From assembly GCA_050575255.1 (NCBI GenBank), contig JBNZDD010013714.1, positions 3,569,143 to 3,633,142 on the forward strand: DNA of 64,000 nucleotides. The letters are read 5' to 3'. A program made the translations under genes and the position numbers. The notes beneath the pieces were generated by a model, which searched no databases, was not told the origin of the DNA, and saw only the letters and a list, made by a program, of their open reading frames with translations. Positions 26,238-38,950 of the stretch are shown in pieces; within the stretch, counting starts at the first letter, position 1, and every line of letters begins with the position of its first letter. The stretch is from Harriotta raleighana. Its lineage: Eukaryota.

Positions 26238-26881
26238 AATCCTTGCATTTGATATAGCACTTTTCACATCCTCTAGATCAGTGGTTCTCAACCTTTTGCT
26301 GTAATGTACCCCTTGTTAATTGTCAACATTATCGTGTAATCCCACCCAACCACATGCACCACCACCTCACTCATTCTACTTGCATTTTATGACCAAGCTT
26401 TTCTTATATAACAAAATAACTACCACATACAAAACGAGGGGAATAACAATAAAATATACAATTTGGAAGGCTATAAAATGCTAAATAAGAAAGATAAATA
26501 AATGAATGTACTCCCACCTCTACCCCCTGGAAGTAATTTTGTACTCCCTGGGGTACATGTACCTCTGGTTGAGAACCGTTACTCTAGATGTCTCATGCAA
26601 CAAAATTACATTTGTATAGCGACTTTCACATCAGGAGAATGTCCCAAAGTGCTTCAAAGAATATACTGTAAAGTGGAATTGACTGCCTATTTATCGGCAG
26701 TGTGGCAGCCAATTGCACACAGCAGTGTCCCCATAAACAGTTGTGGATTGAGTGACCAAAATATTTTTTTTTGAGGGATTGTTATTAGGCATGTGGAGTA
26801 AGGAAACTTGCCCAAGGTTTCGCCATGGCACTCTGGGAATTAAACCCAGGTCTTTCGCTTTTGACACGAATGCTCTAACCA
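26238..26881 (-). mobile_element. SINE family A, interrupted by a hAT MITE and carrying an extra L2-type tail
   Basis: Tail 26238-26278 and 26582-26595, L2-type tail ~26597-26655, body and head to 26881. Confidence 0.8.
26279..26581. mobile_element. hAT/Charlie-type MITE
   Basis: TIRs CAGTGGTTCTCAACC / GGTTGAGAACCGTTA with an exact 8-bp TSD CTCTAGAT (26271-26278, 26582-26589); NTCTAGAN is the typical Charlie target. Confidence 0.9.
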
Positions 26882-26949
26882 AGCGAGGAAATGAGTCCCC
26901 AAACTGCTCCTGAGCATTCAAAAGTAAATTTGTCAGTCTGATTTCGATG

Positions 26950-27378
26950 TCTAGGCTGAAACTTCAATGCACTGCTGGGATGTGCTGGATTATTGGGAGG
27001 TACCATCCTTCATCTAAAATGCTATAATCAGGTCGAGGTTAAAGAGAATAATTATAATCCTCGCATTTTTAGTCGTCTCAAAGCACGTACCAGGATTTTC
27101 TTACGACTGTAATTATTGCCAAATGCAGCATCCAATATCCCTTGGCACAATTCCTAAAAAGGGGAGTTTCTCTCTCCTGGTGTACTGGTCAACGATTCCC
27201 CAAATAAAATTGGTCACTCATTTCATGGCTGTTTGTAGGAGATTGCTGTGAGCAAATTGGCTGTTGCATTTGCCTACGAAATACATGGTGACTACATTTC
27301 ACACAGTGAATCCTGTGGAATGCTTTGAGACGTCCTCCTGATATGAAAGCTGTTACATCAAATGCAAGGATTAGTATT
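26950..27378 (+). mobile_element. DeuSINE family B (SacSINE1-like), with an inverted tail fragment inserted at ~27047-27133
   Basis: ctaggctgaaacttcaatgcactgctggga..ggaggtaccatcctt..atcccttggcac..ggagtttctc..ctggtgtactggtcaac..gctgtttgtagga..aaattggctg..tail. Confidence 0.75.
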
Positions 27379-28228
27379 TAACTAAACTTACACAAAAGAG
27401 ATTGCTGGTACCAAGGCACCTGCTTGCCTTCAGTGGATAATTGTGCACAGTAAATAACCCCAAAAGAGGCATTTTTATGTTAAAATCAAACTGGACTGAG
27501 AAGTCTGATAAAAAGAGCCATCTTACTACAAAAACATAATGGTTGGTTAATTTCCTGACTCTGGGATATGTTTTTCTGTTGGTTGCATTCAAGTGTCACC
27601 ACTGTAGTGTGCGCTCTCTTTCTCTCTCTCTGCAAACACATACACACAGATACGCAGAGCTCTATCAAAACTACTCCAGTCAAATGCAGGTTAAACAATA
27701 TTTAACTTGGCTCAGAACAATGCGTAAAACCTTCTGTAAACATTTACTTTCGAAAATATTGCAAGTTAAAGCCTGTTGATTAAGTGGGTGCAGTGAACCG
27801 CCATTACACCCAAAGGCATCAGCTTGTGTGTGCAGTTCTAGACCTGTGTGTGAACACACTGTAATTGCCCCACTCTATCTCTCTGGTGCCATTTAAAAGC
27901 CCCTGTAGTGGAGCCAGGAGCATGGTGTTATACTACACCTCCATCCTTATCATTTGCACCCTGGGCTCATCTATGTTAATGCACAGAAGTCACTTGTCAA
28001 GCAAGGAAGAAACTGGACTGATTTAAATCCGCACTGACAGACGGAAAGATCTTCCACTTGACCTATCGAGTGGCCTATATTGAAATATCTCCGAAGTGCT
28101 TCAAGCAGAAGAATACTTTTGAAGGGGAGTGACTGTTATGTGGACAAACGCAGAACATCTCTTCAAGCCTCTAATCATCCATATACATGTCTACTTCCCT
28201 CTTTAAAACCCATAAAGGGCTTCTACCA

Positions 28229-28445
28229 TAATACTGTAATAATAATCCTAGCATTTGATATAGCGCTTTTCACATCTTATCGAGGTCTCAAAGCACTTCA
28301 CTGAATATACAATAAAGTGAGGTGACTTATGTATTTGTGGGTGAAATGCGGTAGCCAATTGCACATAGCAGTGTCCCACAAACAGTAGTCATGGATTGAA
28401 ATTACCAATTTTATTATTGTGAGTTTTTTGGGACAGATTATTATT
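28229..28445 (-). mobile_element. SINE family A, 5'-truncated
   Basis: Tail and body aligning to 46542-46760. Confidence 0.8.
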
Positions 28446-31400
28446 CCACCTCACCTGGTTGGGTGTTCTACATCTAAGTGGAAAGATATTGTATATTATA
28501 GTGATATAATCGGTGTTTCAGTCACTGACTCTCTTAGCAGTAGAAATAACTTATCCCTATTTACCCAAATAAAACCCCACAATTTTGCACCGCTCTCTCA
28601 GGTCCTCTCTGCTCCAATGTAAAGATATGAACCGGGAGCGATAAAAATGGCTCATGGTAACTCAAGACTCTTTGGCTGCTTCAGGTTTATAAATCTTTAA
28701 CTACAATTCTCAATGGTGTCTTTACACAGAGTTGTTTAGGGAGGGTGCACATCCTCCAGAGGAAAACAGGAGATTAAATCAACAGCGAGACTCGACAATA
28801 AGGCAGCAAATGGGGGCTTCTCATTGATTCAGAGTTTCTTACATTGTCTGAGTTGGCTCCAGTGACATTTTCCATGGGAGGGGTTTGTGGGGGGTTGGAA
28901 AGGACCCTTTCTTTCATCTTAACACAGACTGTGTCTCACTCTCCCAATTCAGTCACGTTAATCTCTCAGGTATTGGCCCTCACTGTTGTCCAATAGGTCC
29001 ATTACATCCAAGTTGCTACATGCATAAGGCTGTATGGAGAGTTACAGAGCGCCCCACACCCAATGAAAAACCTTTGAGTAAAATAAACCCGAACCATCCG
29101 AGCAAACGGTGATCATTGTGACTACGGACGTTTGACAGAGAAGTAATTCAGCCACAGAAATTAAACTTACAGCTGTAACATTAGTCATAGTTTCCAGAAG
29201 TCATGCCTATACTGAAACTCAATTTTGCTCAGCTTCTGTAAGGGAGTTGCCACCTTATTTGTTAATGCTAAGTCTCGGTTTCTAACTCATCAGAAATCTG
29301 GAGCAGGGTGGAAGGAACGAAGGAACGAGACACAAAACCAATGCTCAGAAACATCAGCACAATCGTTGTGCCAAGGAAGAGCTTATGTTAATAATGTTGA
29401 TCTTTAGTAGAAAACATACCGCTTGCTCTTGTTTGCTTTACTCCCGTGTTGTGCAAGTTAAGTAAAAATCCTATTTCAAGACTGCAGCACAGTACTAGAT
29501 AACGTAAGGCAGGGAGGGGGAACCGGGCTACTGTATTTGGGCAATGATCCCACTGCTTAACCTCAACTGGGATCAATTAGCACAAGTTTTCCACAAAAAA
29601 GCTATTACACACGCTTCAGGGAAGACTTGTTTTTTTTAGGAATGGTTTTAATGGAAAGATTAGCAGCAACAGATTCCTTTGAAACATGCAGTTGGTGTGG
29701 AGAGGTCAGAGAGGTACTGCCAAGTGAGTGTACGTGACTGACTTGCCCCATCCCCGAGATGTCGAAACCTAGTAGTCAAGATTTGCGGTACAGACACAAA
29801 CTAATCTGGAATATAAACAGGAAATGTTTTTGTTAGTTGGATTGATAGACAATGTAACGAACGAGAGAAAACACATGGAAAGAATGTTTCTGACTAAGGC
29901 AACGCTCGTGAAGTAGGTCCATTCTGAAGTAACCATCCTCCTCACGCTGAGCTTCAACCAAAGCACTCATGGGTTCATTACTGGCAAAGGAAGTTAGGGG
30001 GGTATATGGAGCTAGTGTTACCTTCTGCACATAAGGAATAACATTAGAACACACAAGTAAATTAATCTTCTGCGTGCAGAGCAACGTCTTTCAGAACGTT
30101 GAGGTGAAATAGAGATGTGGGATGTGTTGAAATGTATTTATTTCGTTACAAATGGTCACTGAGGGCAACGCCAAGTCAAGCTCCTGTGACAAATTATAGG
30201 CATTCCATCGGATACAAGAATGATTAATTATTAATCATGAACCAGTCGAAAAAAAAGCCATTTGTCAAAGTCAACAGTGAATGTGTTATCGATCAGTCTG
30301 CGGGTGCACTTGAGTTAGATTCTTCCTAAACCAACACTACCCCCACACACACACCACCCCCTCCCACTTTCACAAAGACTTACAGTTCGCACATAGTAGC
30401 AGACTGTCAGTTAGCTGAACTCGGAGAGGGTTGGAAGTAAAAGTAGAAATATAGAGCAAATGAAAACCCACATTAGCCTACTTTCTGTCCAGCGCTATAT
30501 AAATACGAGCTATTGTTGTTGTTTTGTCGACCAGGAAACAGAACATAATCACTGGGCCCCCAAAATCACCCGAAAAGGCCTTACAAAGAACCTCAACGAG
30601 AAGGCAAAACAACCTCCAGGAAACCGTAATTCAAGTAAATTCCCTCTTATACTTTACCCACAGACACCACTCCTATAACTAGTATGCTGCCCTGAACATG
30701 CTGGTTAAAGGAATGATTTCTGTGGTACCAAGCATAAGCCATGCAGATCAGTCCTCTGTAATTGGGGGTGGGGTGGGGAGGCTGGGGTAAAATTATACAT
30801 GAAAGTGAAACTTGTACTCGAGAGTACAGTACAGCATCCTGCCACAGGAAAGAATGAGGTTGAGTTCTTACCAGTGTATTCACACATAGCAATACCCATC
30901 CCCAAAATGTCTTATGTGATGTTTCAACCTTGATTTTTGTGAGCCCACGCAGGGCTGTGCCTTCGCAACGTTGGAGACAGGAAAGGCTGGGAGGATTAAT
31001 CAGTCATTGAGATATTCCCAGGAATTGTCAGCAAAGCTCAACAAGTTACTGTTCCAGAGCATTCAGCAACAAATTAAAAGAAGCCCATCAGAACTAGGAA
31101 AGTATCTGAAAAGCGACTGTATGATAGAATACTTGGAAAGTTCAGATGAAAGTACGTGACTCTGCTGGAGAAATAGTCTGAATGGCCTCCTCGGACTGCA
31201 GCCTCGATTCCCGCTGAATTCAATAAGAAATCAGGGGCTTTCCCAACTTCCAGATTTTTTTTGCATATGACCACATCAGACAATGGGGTGGGGGAAGAAG
31301 AAAGAGTAGGGTTGAACAAATATGAATTGGCAAGTTTACAAATGCAATTCCCGGGTCAGTTGAAGGACTCTCTCGATGATTCTTGGGAGGAGCTACAGGT

Positions 31401-32174
31401 TATTGCAATAAACACAAGCCTCCACTGAACCTATCTCCATGATCACGTCCAGCTTCAGGGCAAGTTAGTTGAGATTGTTTTGCTTCTGTAGCGGGGAAGT
31501 TCATATTCCTTCCAAAAGGCAATTAGTGGGAGGGTTACAGGAAAGGGAAAAGGCTCGGCAATTCCCAAAGAATAGGTGGAAGACATCAATTGTCCTCTGG
31601 GAGTAAAGCTGTGGAAACCTAGATATTTATAGGCTCATGTCCCACTAGTCATTTCACAAGAAATAACGTCAGCTCACACTACGGATGCTCAGTCACACAA
31701 GGCACAGACCAACCGCAAAGTAGAATCTCAAACAGAACCCAAAATAATAGAGGAACTCGGGAGTTTAGGGGCTGCCCATTGTATCAAAGTGCAACTACCT
31801 CACACGACTGCAAAGTGAAGTCGCCCTTTATCTACAGAATCAAGACATTCACATGAGTTTACATTTGAAGGAAGCGGACACAATACAAACGCTTTGTGGG
31901 TGTGTTTGTGTGTATATGTGTGTGGGGGGTGAGATGGGGGGAGGAGGAGAGGGTACATCAGATAAACAGGGTGTAGCAGGAAGCGATTATAATGAAGATA
32001 AATGACTTACAAAAGTGGTCCTGACATCTCGTGACGAGAGCACACGACAAGCACAAGAATTCATAATGGGATTTCCGGAATTTAACCCGTACAGCAGCGT
32101 CCACGATTGGAAACTGCAGCTCCTACACAGAACAGAGGTCACATAACAGTTCTATGGTTCAGCAGTTTGTGTCC

Positions 32175-32826
32175 GCCTGGCCCAGTGGTAGCACTCTCAC
32201 CTCCGAGTCAGAAGGTTGTGGGTTCAAGTTCCACATTGGGACTTGGAATTATAGTCTAAGCTGACACTCCAGCCCAGTGCTGGGGGATGTTTATTGTCGG
32301 AGGTGTCATCCTTTGGTTTAGACATTAAACTGAGCTCCCCATCTGCCTATTCATAATAATTATAATCCTTGCCTTTGATACAGTGCATTATCACATCTTC
32401 TAGACGTCTCAGAGTTTCATAGAATACAACAACAACAAATTATATTCATAGAGCGCCTTTCATGTCGGGAGGATGTCCCAAGGCGCTGTAAAGTGAATTG
32501 ACTGTCTATTTTGCCGTAAACATTTGTGTTTAGGTAGATGTTAAAAGACCCTTCTCCCTTCAAAGAATCCCTTGGCACTATTCGAAACGAGAAAGGAACT
32601 TCTCCCAGTGCTCTGGCCAACAATTCCCCCAAATAAAATTGGTCGCTCATTCCACAGCTGTTTGTGGGACATTGCTGCGTGCAGCTAGCTGTCACATTTG
32701 GCACCCAGAATACACAGTCAATCCACTTTACAGTACTGTATATCGTGTGAAGTGCTTTGGAGACATCTCAACTACGTGATAAGCCCCGATAACAAACGCG
32801 ATGATTATTATTATTATTATTATAAT
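32175..32826 (+). mobile_element. DeuSINE family B, full length, with two inverted tail fragments nested at 32354-32530
   Basis: Head tggcccagtggtagcactctcacctccgagtcagaaggttgtgggttcaagttccac (A and B boxes), Deu-like core tgtcggaggtgtcatccttt..ttaaactgag; resumes at ggtagatgttaaaag; (TTA)n tail. Matches the shark SacSINE1 layout as I recall it. Confidence 0.82.
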
Positions 32827-33855
32827 ACACTCCTGCTCTTCCAAAACCTGAAGCTGCAAACACCAACGTTCCAGAGCTCTGAATAAACCAGACACAGCAG
32901 AGCACTGGCTCCAATTAGTCACAGACACGACTTAGGCACCAAGGCACTAAATGTTATCTCCATCTTCTTCAGGCCTGAAGCTTAACACCCTCCATCACCT
33001 CTTGGGTAAATACATGTTCAATTTCCAGTGTGCCTTGAGTTATCCGAACTTAAACACATCACATCAGATTCACCTTATTGTCCTTGATGTTTTTATGGGG
33101 GTGGGGGTGGGGAAAGAGAGAGAATCGGGTAATGTTCATGCTATCTGGTAAGCTTTGCTGGATAGCACATACAGAAAAGGTGTAACACAACACTCGATGG
33201 TTTCAAACTCTCTCTTCTCTGGTAATAATCCTTCAGTTATGCTCTCTCATTAATAACGTCAACAAATAGTTGCTCTTGTTAGCAAATTGGTACAACTCTT
33301 ATTTCGCAGGATTGGGAGCACCTAGTTGTGGTGAAGGATGCCTTTACACTGAAGTTAGGATTGAATGACTGGGAAATGCAACACAAGGTCATTGCGTCTC
33401 TCTCCTGATATACTAACCACACTGTTAATTTGTAAGAGGCACAAAAAAAGGCTCATTTACAATTCTTGAGTCACTAAATATTCTACCATACATTAGTCAC
33501 ATTGTAGGCCATGCAAACTCTTCCAGAGACAGAGAGAGGTAGACAGATACACTCTCACACACAGAAAAAGATAGGATTGTGTGACTTTATCAGTGACTAT
33601 TCAAGTCCGGCCAAAGGCAAGCAGAACAAAGCAAACTTTTGTGTGGTTAAAATAAAGCAACGGTAGCCTTCAAATGTCAAGAGAGTTGGTAAACAGATCA
33701 TTGTTGCTCCGAAAGATGAAAGAGGAAGCCACAGACTAAAATAGTCTCAATTTATTCTATTGTTTAAAGCCAGACCGCTCCGGGTGAGACTCAAACCAAG
33801 CAGCTTACACAGTTTACACAAATTTCAAGTTAAAAGCACTGCGGGAGCCTCCTTT

Positions 33856-34278
33856 GATGGCTCAGTGTGTTTTCTTGGGGAAAGCCTTAACCAATCACTC
33901 ACCTCCCAGGTTTGATCTCCAGTCTGCTGAATTAGTTGGGGCAACAGTTTGGGTGCTTCCAACTGTCAGAGGTATTGTCTATCAAATGTGTTAAACTGAG
34001 GTCCTGCCTGCCTATTCAGGTGGACTTTAAAGATCCCATCACACTATTCGAAAAGTGGAGTGAGTTTCTCCTGGTGCTCCTGTGGGGCAAGAATCCCCTT
34101 CATCAAAATTATACATTTTCATGGCTGTTTGTGGAGCATTACTATGTGCAAATTAGCTGCTGCAGTTGCCTGCAAATACAGTCATTGCACTTCACAGTAA
34201 AATCCTGTAAAACGCATTGAGATGTCTCGATGACATGATAAGGTGCTGTATTAAAATGCAAGGGTTATTATATTATTA
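33856..34278 (+). mobile_element. DeuSINE copy with a different 5' head
   Basis: Deu core ctgtcagaggt..ttaaactgaggtcctgcctgcctattcaggtggactttaaagatccc and tail are present; the 5' ~105 nt differ from the family B head. Confidence 0.7.
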
Positions 34279-35174
34279 GTAACATAATAGTCAACTTCAC
34301 TTCATAGTACATTCTGCAAAGTGCTTTGAAAAGTCTAAAAGACGCTATATCAGATGCAAGCATTATTATTACTACATCTGGCCTCAGATTCCTGGAATGA
34401 CATGTGGATGGATGTCTGGAGGACATACAAATCAGCAGCCCAAAATTCCACCCACTCTTCGCCTGCAAAGCTATATGGACTTAAATTTTAAGATCGAACA
34501 GAGTTGCCAAAAATTCTAAAGTTTAATTTCAATTTCAAAGGTTGCTTCTCAAGAGAAGAAGCAACGGCTTCAAAATTGAATTGGAATTTAAAATCTATCC
34601 ACAATTCTGTACCATCTTAAATTCTAAAGTAAATTTTAAAGCTAAAACCAGATGGAATTTCAGGCTTCCTGGAGGGTTTTTTTGGCCCAAAGTATTTTCA
34701 AAACAAATTCACATTTTAATTAAAGATTTATCCTTATATAATTAGAAGGATAAACTTCAATACTGTAACAGCAGTTACTGGAATGTCTGTGATCCATTTA
34801 AAAACTACACCCACACACTTTACTAGTGACTGTTTCAATGCATCAAAGTACATCTACAGCAGCTCCTGGCTTCTTGCCCTTGGAACACCCTGTCCGTCAA
34901 AGTGCGTCTTAATCCTTAATTCTTAAAATAAGTCTGTATGTTGCCTTCACAATACCATACACCACAGCACAAGTGTTTGGTGTAATGATGATTAAGAGCT
35001 CCAGATTGCCTTTACATTTCCACACTGGGGTAAAGAGCACAATCAAAGGCACACCATACATCCCAACAAGTGGCTGTCAATGATAGCAACAGATAAAATG
35101 ATAATGGCGGCAGCAGAGGTTGAGGAGGACAAGGGAGCCCTGGTTACAGATCTGCCGACAGATAAAATGGTGAC

Positions 35175-35970
35175 GGCACTGTTCTCAACCCCCTCACAAC
35201 AGCCACAATCATCCCCATCCTAAAGAATCCTTCGCTGGACACATCCCTACTTTCCAGTTACCAGCACATCTCCAACCTCCCTTTGCTTTCCAAGGTCTTT
35301 GAAAGAGTTCTGACAAAGGGTCGTGGACCCGAAACATTGACTCACTTTCCTTTCTCCATGGCTGCTGCCTGACTTGCTGAGTTTCGCCAGCAACTTCTTT
35401 GTTTTTTTTCCCTGAAAGAGTTGTTGCTCTTGGCTCTTTCCATTCCTCTCATTCCCTCCAATTGTATTCACAGAAACTGCTCTGGTCAAGGTCATAAAAT
35501 TAAATCCTGTCCATCTGTGACCAGGGTTCCCTCTGCCTCCTCGACCTCTCTGCCGCCTTTGACACTGTGGACCATTCAATCCTCCTCCTTTTCGCTCAAA
35601 CTTCAAGCTTCTGTGCTTGACTGGTTCAGATCCTATCTCTCACACCATCTCCACTTTGTCTCCACCATGGTTTCTTTTCCAGTCCCTGCACCTGTGTTCC
35701 TTCGGGCTCTGTCCTTGTTCCCTTCCTCTTCAACCTCTACATGCTTGGTGACATCATCCACAGACATGGGGAAAATTTCGGATGACACCAACTCTATCTC
35801 TCTGCCTCCGCCCTCAATTCCAGGACTACTGACGTCCTGACAGACTGTCTGTCACACATCCAAGTCCTGGAGGAAAGACAACTTTCTACAGCTGAACATC
35901 AGCAAGAACAAGGGCCTTCTGATTGGCTCGCGCCAGCGCCTCTGCCCCTCAGGCACTGGCAATATCAGCA
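35175..35970 (+). mobile_element. L2 LINE reverse-transcriptase domain fragment (pseudogenised)
   Basis: ATIIPILKNPSLDTSLLSSYQHISNLPLLSKVFERV, TETALVKV, LLDLSAAFDTVDHSILL, VLDWFRSYLS, SDDT, NFLQLNISK; frameshifted; interrupted at 35310-35412. Confidence 0.92.
35310..35412 (+). mobile_element. ~100-bp hammerhead-motif (Penelope-like) mini-element, copy 1
   Basis: ctgacaaagggtcgtggacccgaaacattgactc..gctgcctgacttgctgag..T-rich end; 10-bp TSD TGAAAGAGTT at 35300-35309 and 35413-35422 inside the L2 RT frame. Confidence 0.8.
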
Positions 35971-36309
35971 TCCACAGAAACACACTCCACCATTTTAAAG
36001 GTACTGAGTGACTTAATACTGTACCGCAACTTCTGAAAGCCTTGAACTATAGTATTCATTTTAAGCAATTTATCGTTTTAATCCTTGAAGTTTAACATTG
36101 TTTAAACATTACTTCCTCTGTGCAATCTATTGCGAGATGTTAAGACTCCTCCAGGAAACTGGGAGAGGAGAGAGGCCAAATCTCGTAAACATGATAAGGA
36201 AAACAAATGAAATTTTGAAATGCTACAACAGCACTCCATGTTCATCCGGTAGTATTTGGAAGCCTAATCAGATACCCATCCTCGTCAGTCACAGTAAAGT
36301 TAATCAGTT

Positions 36310-36497
36310 CTTTGACCATGCCTTTCGACCACCCTCCTTTTCGCCCCCCTGCCCCCCAACCCCCCCTCCCCCAACCTCCACCCTCCCCGATCCTCAGCTC
36401 AGGTCTAAAACACTGACCGTCTGTCCAGTAGCTTGGGATGTTCTCCGGATGTGGAAGGCGCTATACTAATGTAATGTCAATTTGTTCTTGTTGTTGC
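36310..36497 (+). mobile_element. L2 3' end fragment
   Basis: ctttgaccatgcctttcg, C-rich UTR, cttgggatgttctccggatgtggaaggcgctata..ttgttgttg. Confidence 0.6.
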
Positions 36498-37154
36498 TGA
36501 TCATAAATGTACACCGAGGACGACAGCACAAAGACACAGTAAGATGGACCTTTGTGGTGAAAATCTGGCAGCTTTTACACTACTTGCTCACTTTTAACAG
36601 CAAGGCAAACATTTCCACGGCGTTTCCTTCTGTGGAGCAGAGTCAGTAACGATTGCAGTCAATCCTACACATCCTCCCTCAGAGGACATAGGCAGCAATT
36701 TGGCTGCCGTGTTTCACACACAAATATACAGTCAATTTTCCCACTCTCCTTCCCCCTACCCCTCACCCCCTGCTCTGGTCTCTACCTTTCTTCCCTCTTT
36801 TCTTCTCCCTACTCCGATCCCTCCCCACCCTGCTCTGGTCCCGACTCTGGGACATTGATGTATTTTGTGAAGCACTTTGAGACGTTGATAAATTGTAGGA
36901 AGCGCTATATAAATGTAAAGATTATTATTTATTTACTATTATTATAGGCCAGACCTGATGTACGTCAGCTATACGCTTGATGCTATTTGTATCTAAATAA
37001 TTTATAAATTTCATTTCATGTAAAGATTATAAAGTCAAATAGTCAAACATGCGGAACTTGCGGAAACTATTTTGGAAAATACTTCAAATGCTCCTCATCC
37101 TCCGAATCTTCCTATTTTTGCTGTTGACTTTCGGCTCACAGTAAAACTCTGATG

Positions 37155-37460
37155 AAGTGCTGGGGGAGATGCTGCTTCATTCGAGGTCCTGTCCTTCGGA
37201 TGATGCGTTAAACCGAGACCCCATCCACCTATCGAAGCGGACACCAAAGATCCTGTGCATCTACTTGACAAGAGAAAAGAGTCTCTCCGGACATCCCAGC
37301 CAACATTCCCAGATAAATTTGGCCATTCACTTCATGGCTGTTTGTGGATTTGCTGGAGCATTCACCTACAACTACACAGTGACGACACTTCACAGTAAAA
37401 TCCTAGGAAACACTTTGAGACGGCTTGATGTCATACATCAAATACAAGGATTATTATCCT
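37155..37460 (+). mobile_element. DeuSINE family B, 5'-truncated
   Basis: gtgctggggga..tcgaggtcctgtccttcggatgatgcgttaaaccgagaccccatc..aaagatcc..tail caaggattattat. Confidence 0.75.
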
Positions 37461-38660
37461 CATAATAATTAATTAAAAATGAAAGGTACAGAAAAGATCT
37501 CCGGTGAAGATTATGAAACGTTCTTCGACTTATTCAGTATGAATGACCTCTCCAAAGTCTTCTCCCCTCACCCCCAGATAAAGCCTACTTTCAGAGTTAG
37601 GTGGGGAGGGGGGTAAATGGATTAAACTCACTGGAAAATTCTCATGGATTAGTGCCTCAGAACTCAAATGTAATAATTTGCAGACAATTATGTAGTTACT
37701 TTTTTAAAATAAAAGTTCTGAATGAAAATGAAAACCTGCAAAGTCTTAACTGAAGCGTAAGGAGCCGTTGAGTTTGGGGGCAACCCAACAGCTCAATGTG
37801 TAACGAGGACAGTGGGCAACCAGATCAGTGCAGATTTTTCCCTTTGTAAAATCAAACGCTTTATCAATCTAATCATTCAGCATAATATAATGACGTTCTG
37901 ATGCACATTCTAAGGCCCAGTAATCTGCTAATCCTAAAGTTTTTATGATGAAAGATTCTATCAATCCCATGAACTTCAGGTGGCTTCGCGAAAGAAAAAG
38001 GTGATGGGGTTTTGTGAGATAATGACATAGGTGGGTGAGATTTAACTCAGAAAATAAGAATTAGGATAGTCTGAGAACACAGGACAATAGAGAACACACA
38101 ACACAATGCAGCTATCTAGGCAATCATTCATTACAAGACAAACAACAAGAGACACATGCTATGCTGGAAATGAAACAATAATTTAAATGAATCTAACCCG
38201 GCAGCAAATGGACAAACCTCAAAGAGATACACGCTTACTATAAATCAGAAAGCTATTCTGAAATTAATTTTAAAGCCCTCAACAACTGGAGTGAATGGCG
38301 AGTAGGATATTTTTTACCTTCTTATCTGGAGTGACTGTGGCAACTGAACTAGAGTTACTCCTGAATCAACATAGCTCCAGTGTGTGCGTCCTCCACTGTC
38401 AGGGATTTTCTCAAGATAGAACAGGGATGAAGCTGGAGTCTATAGACTCCTGGGATCCCTCCCACACTGCCAAGAACTGACGTCATGCACTTCCTGTTGC
38501 TCCTGATTATGATCGAAACTAGTAGCGTTTATTATGTCAGTAGCTGTTGTGAAAGGCTGCACCAACCCATGTAAGGGTAGCCTGTAATACCACTTTAGAT
38601 AAAACTGTTCCACACGTAGCCCTGTGGCCATCCCAGTGTACAAAACATACAAGATCCAGA

Positions 38661-38950
38661 TAATAATCCTTGCATTTGATATAGCGCTTTTCATGTCTTC
38701 TACATGTCTCAAAGCGCTTCACAGAATATACTGTAAAGTGAAGTGACTGCGAAACATAAAAACAGCGGCAAGTCATTTGCGCACAGCAGTGTCCAACAAA
38801 AAATTGTGGATTGAAATGACCAATTTATTATTGTTTTTTTCAAGGATTATTAGGCATGTGGAGTAAGGAAACTTACTCAAGGTATCACCCTACCTGGATT
38901 TGAACCCAAGTCTCTCGCTTGCAAGGTGAGTGCTCTAACCACTGGACTCC
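38661..38950 (-). mobile_element. SINE family A, near full length
   Basis: taataatccttgcatttgatatagcgcttttc..ggagtaaggaaactt..gagtgctctaaccact. Confidence 0.88.

Noticed and set aside
29946-29980. Possible 35-nt cassette exon (ctaac..tttgccag|..MSALVEAQ-C|gtgagg), phase 1
   Set aside because: Weak exonic donor context, weak Kozak, an overlapping uORF and no homology support.
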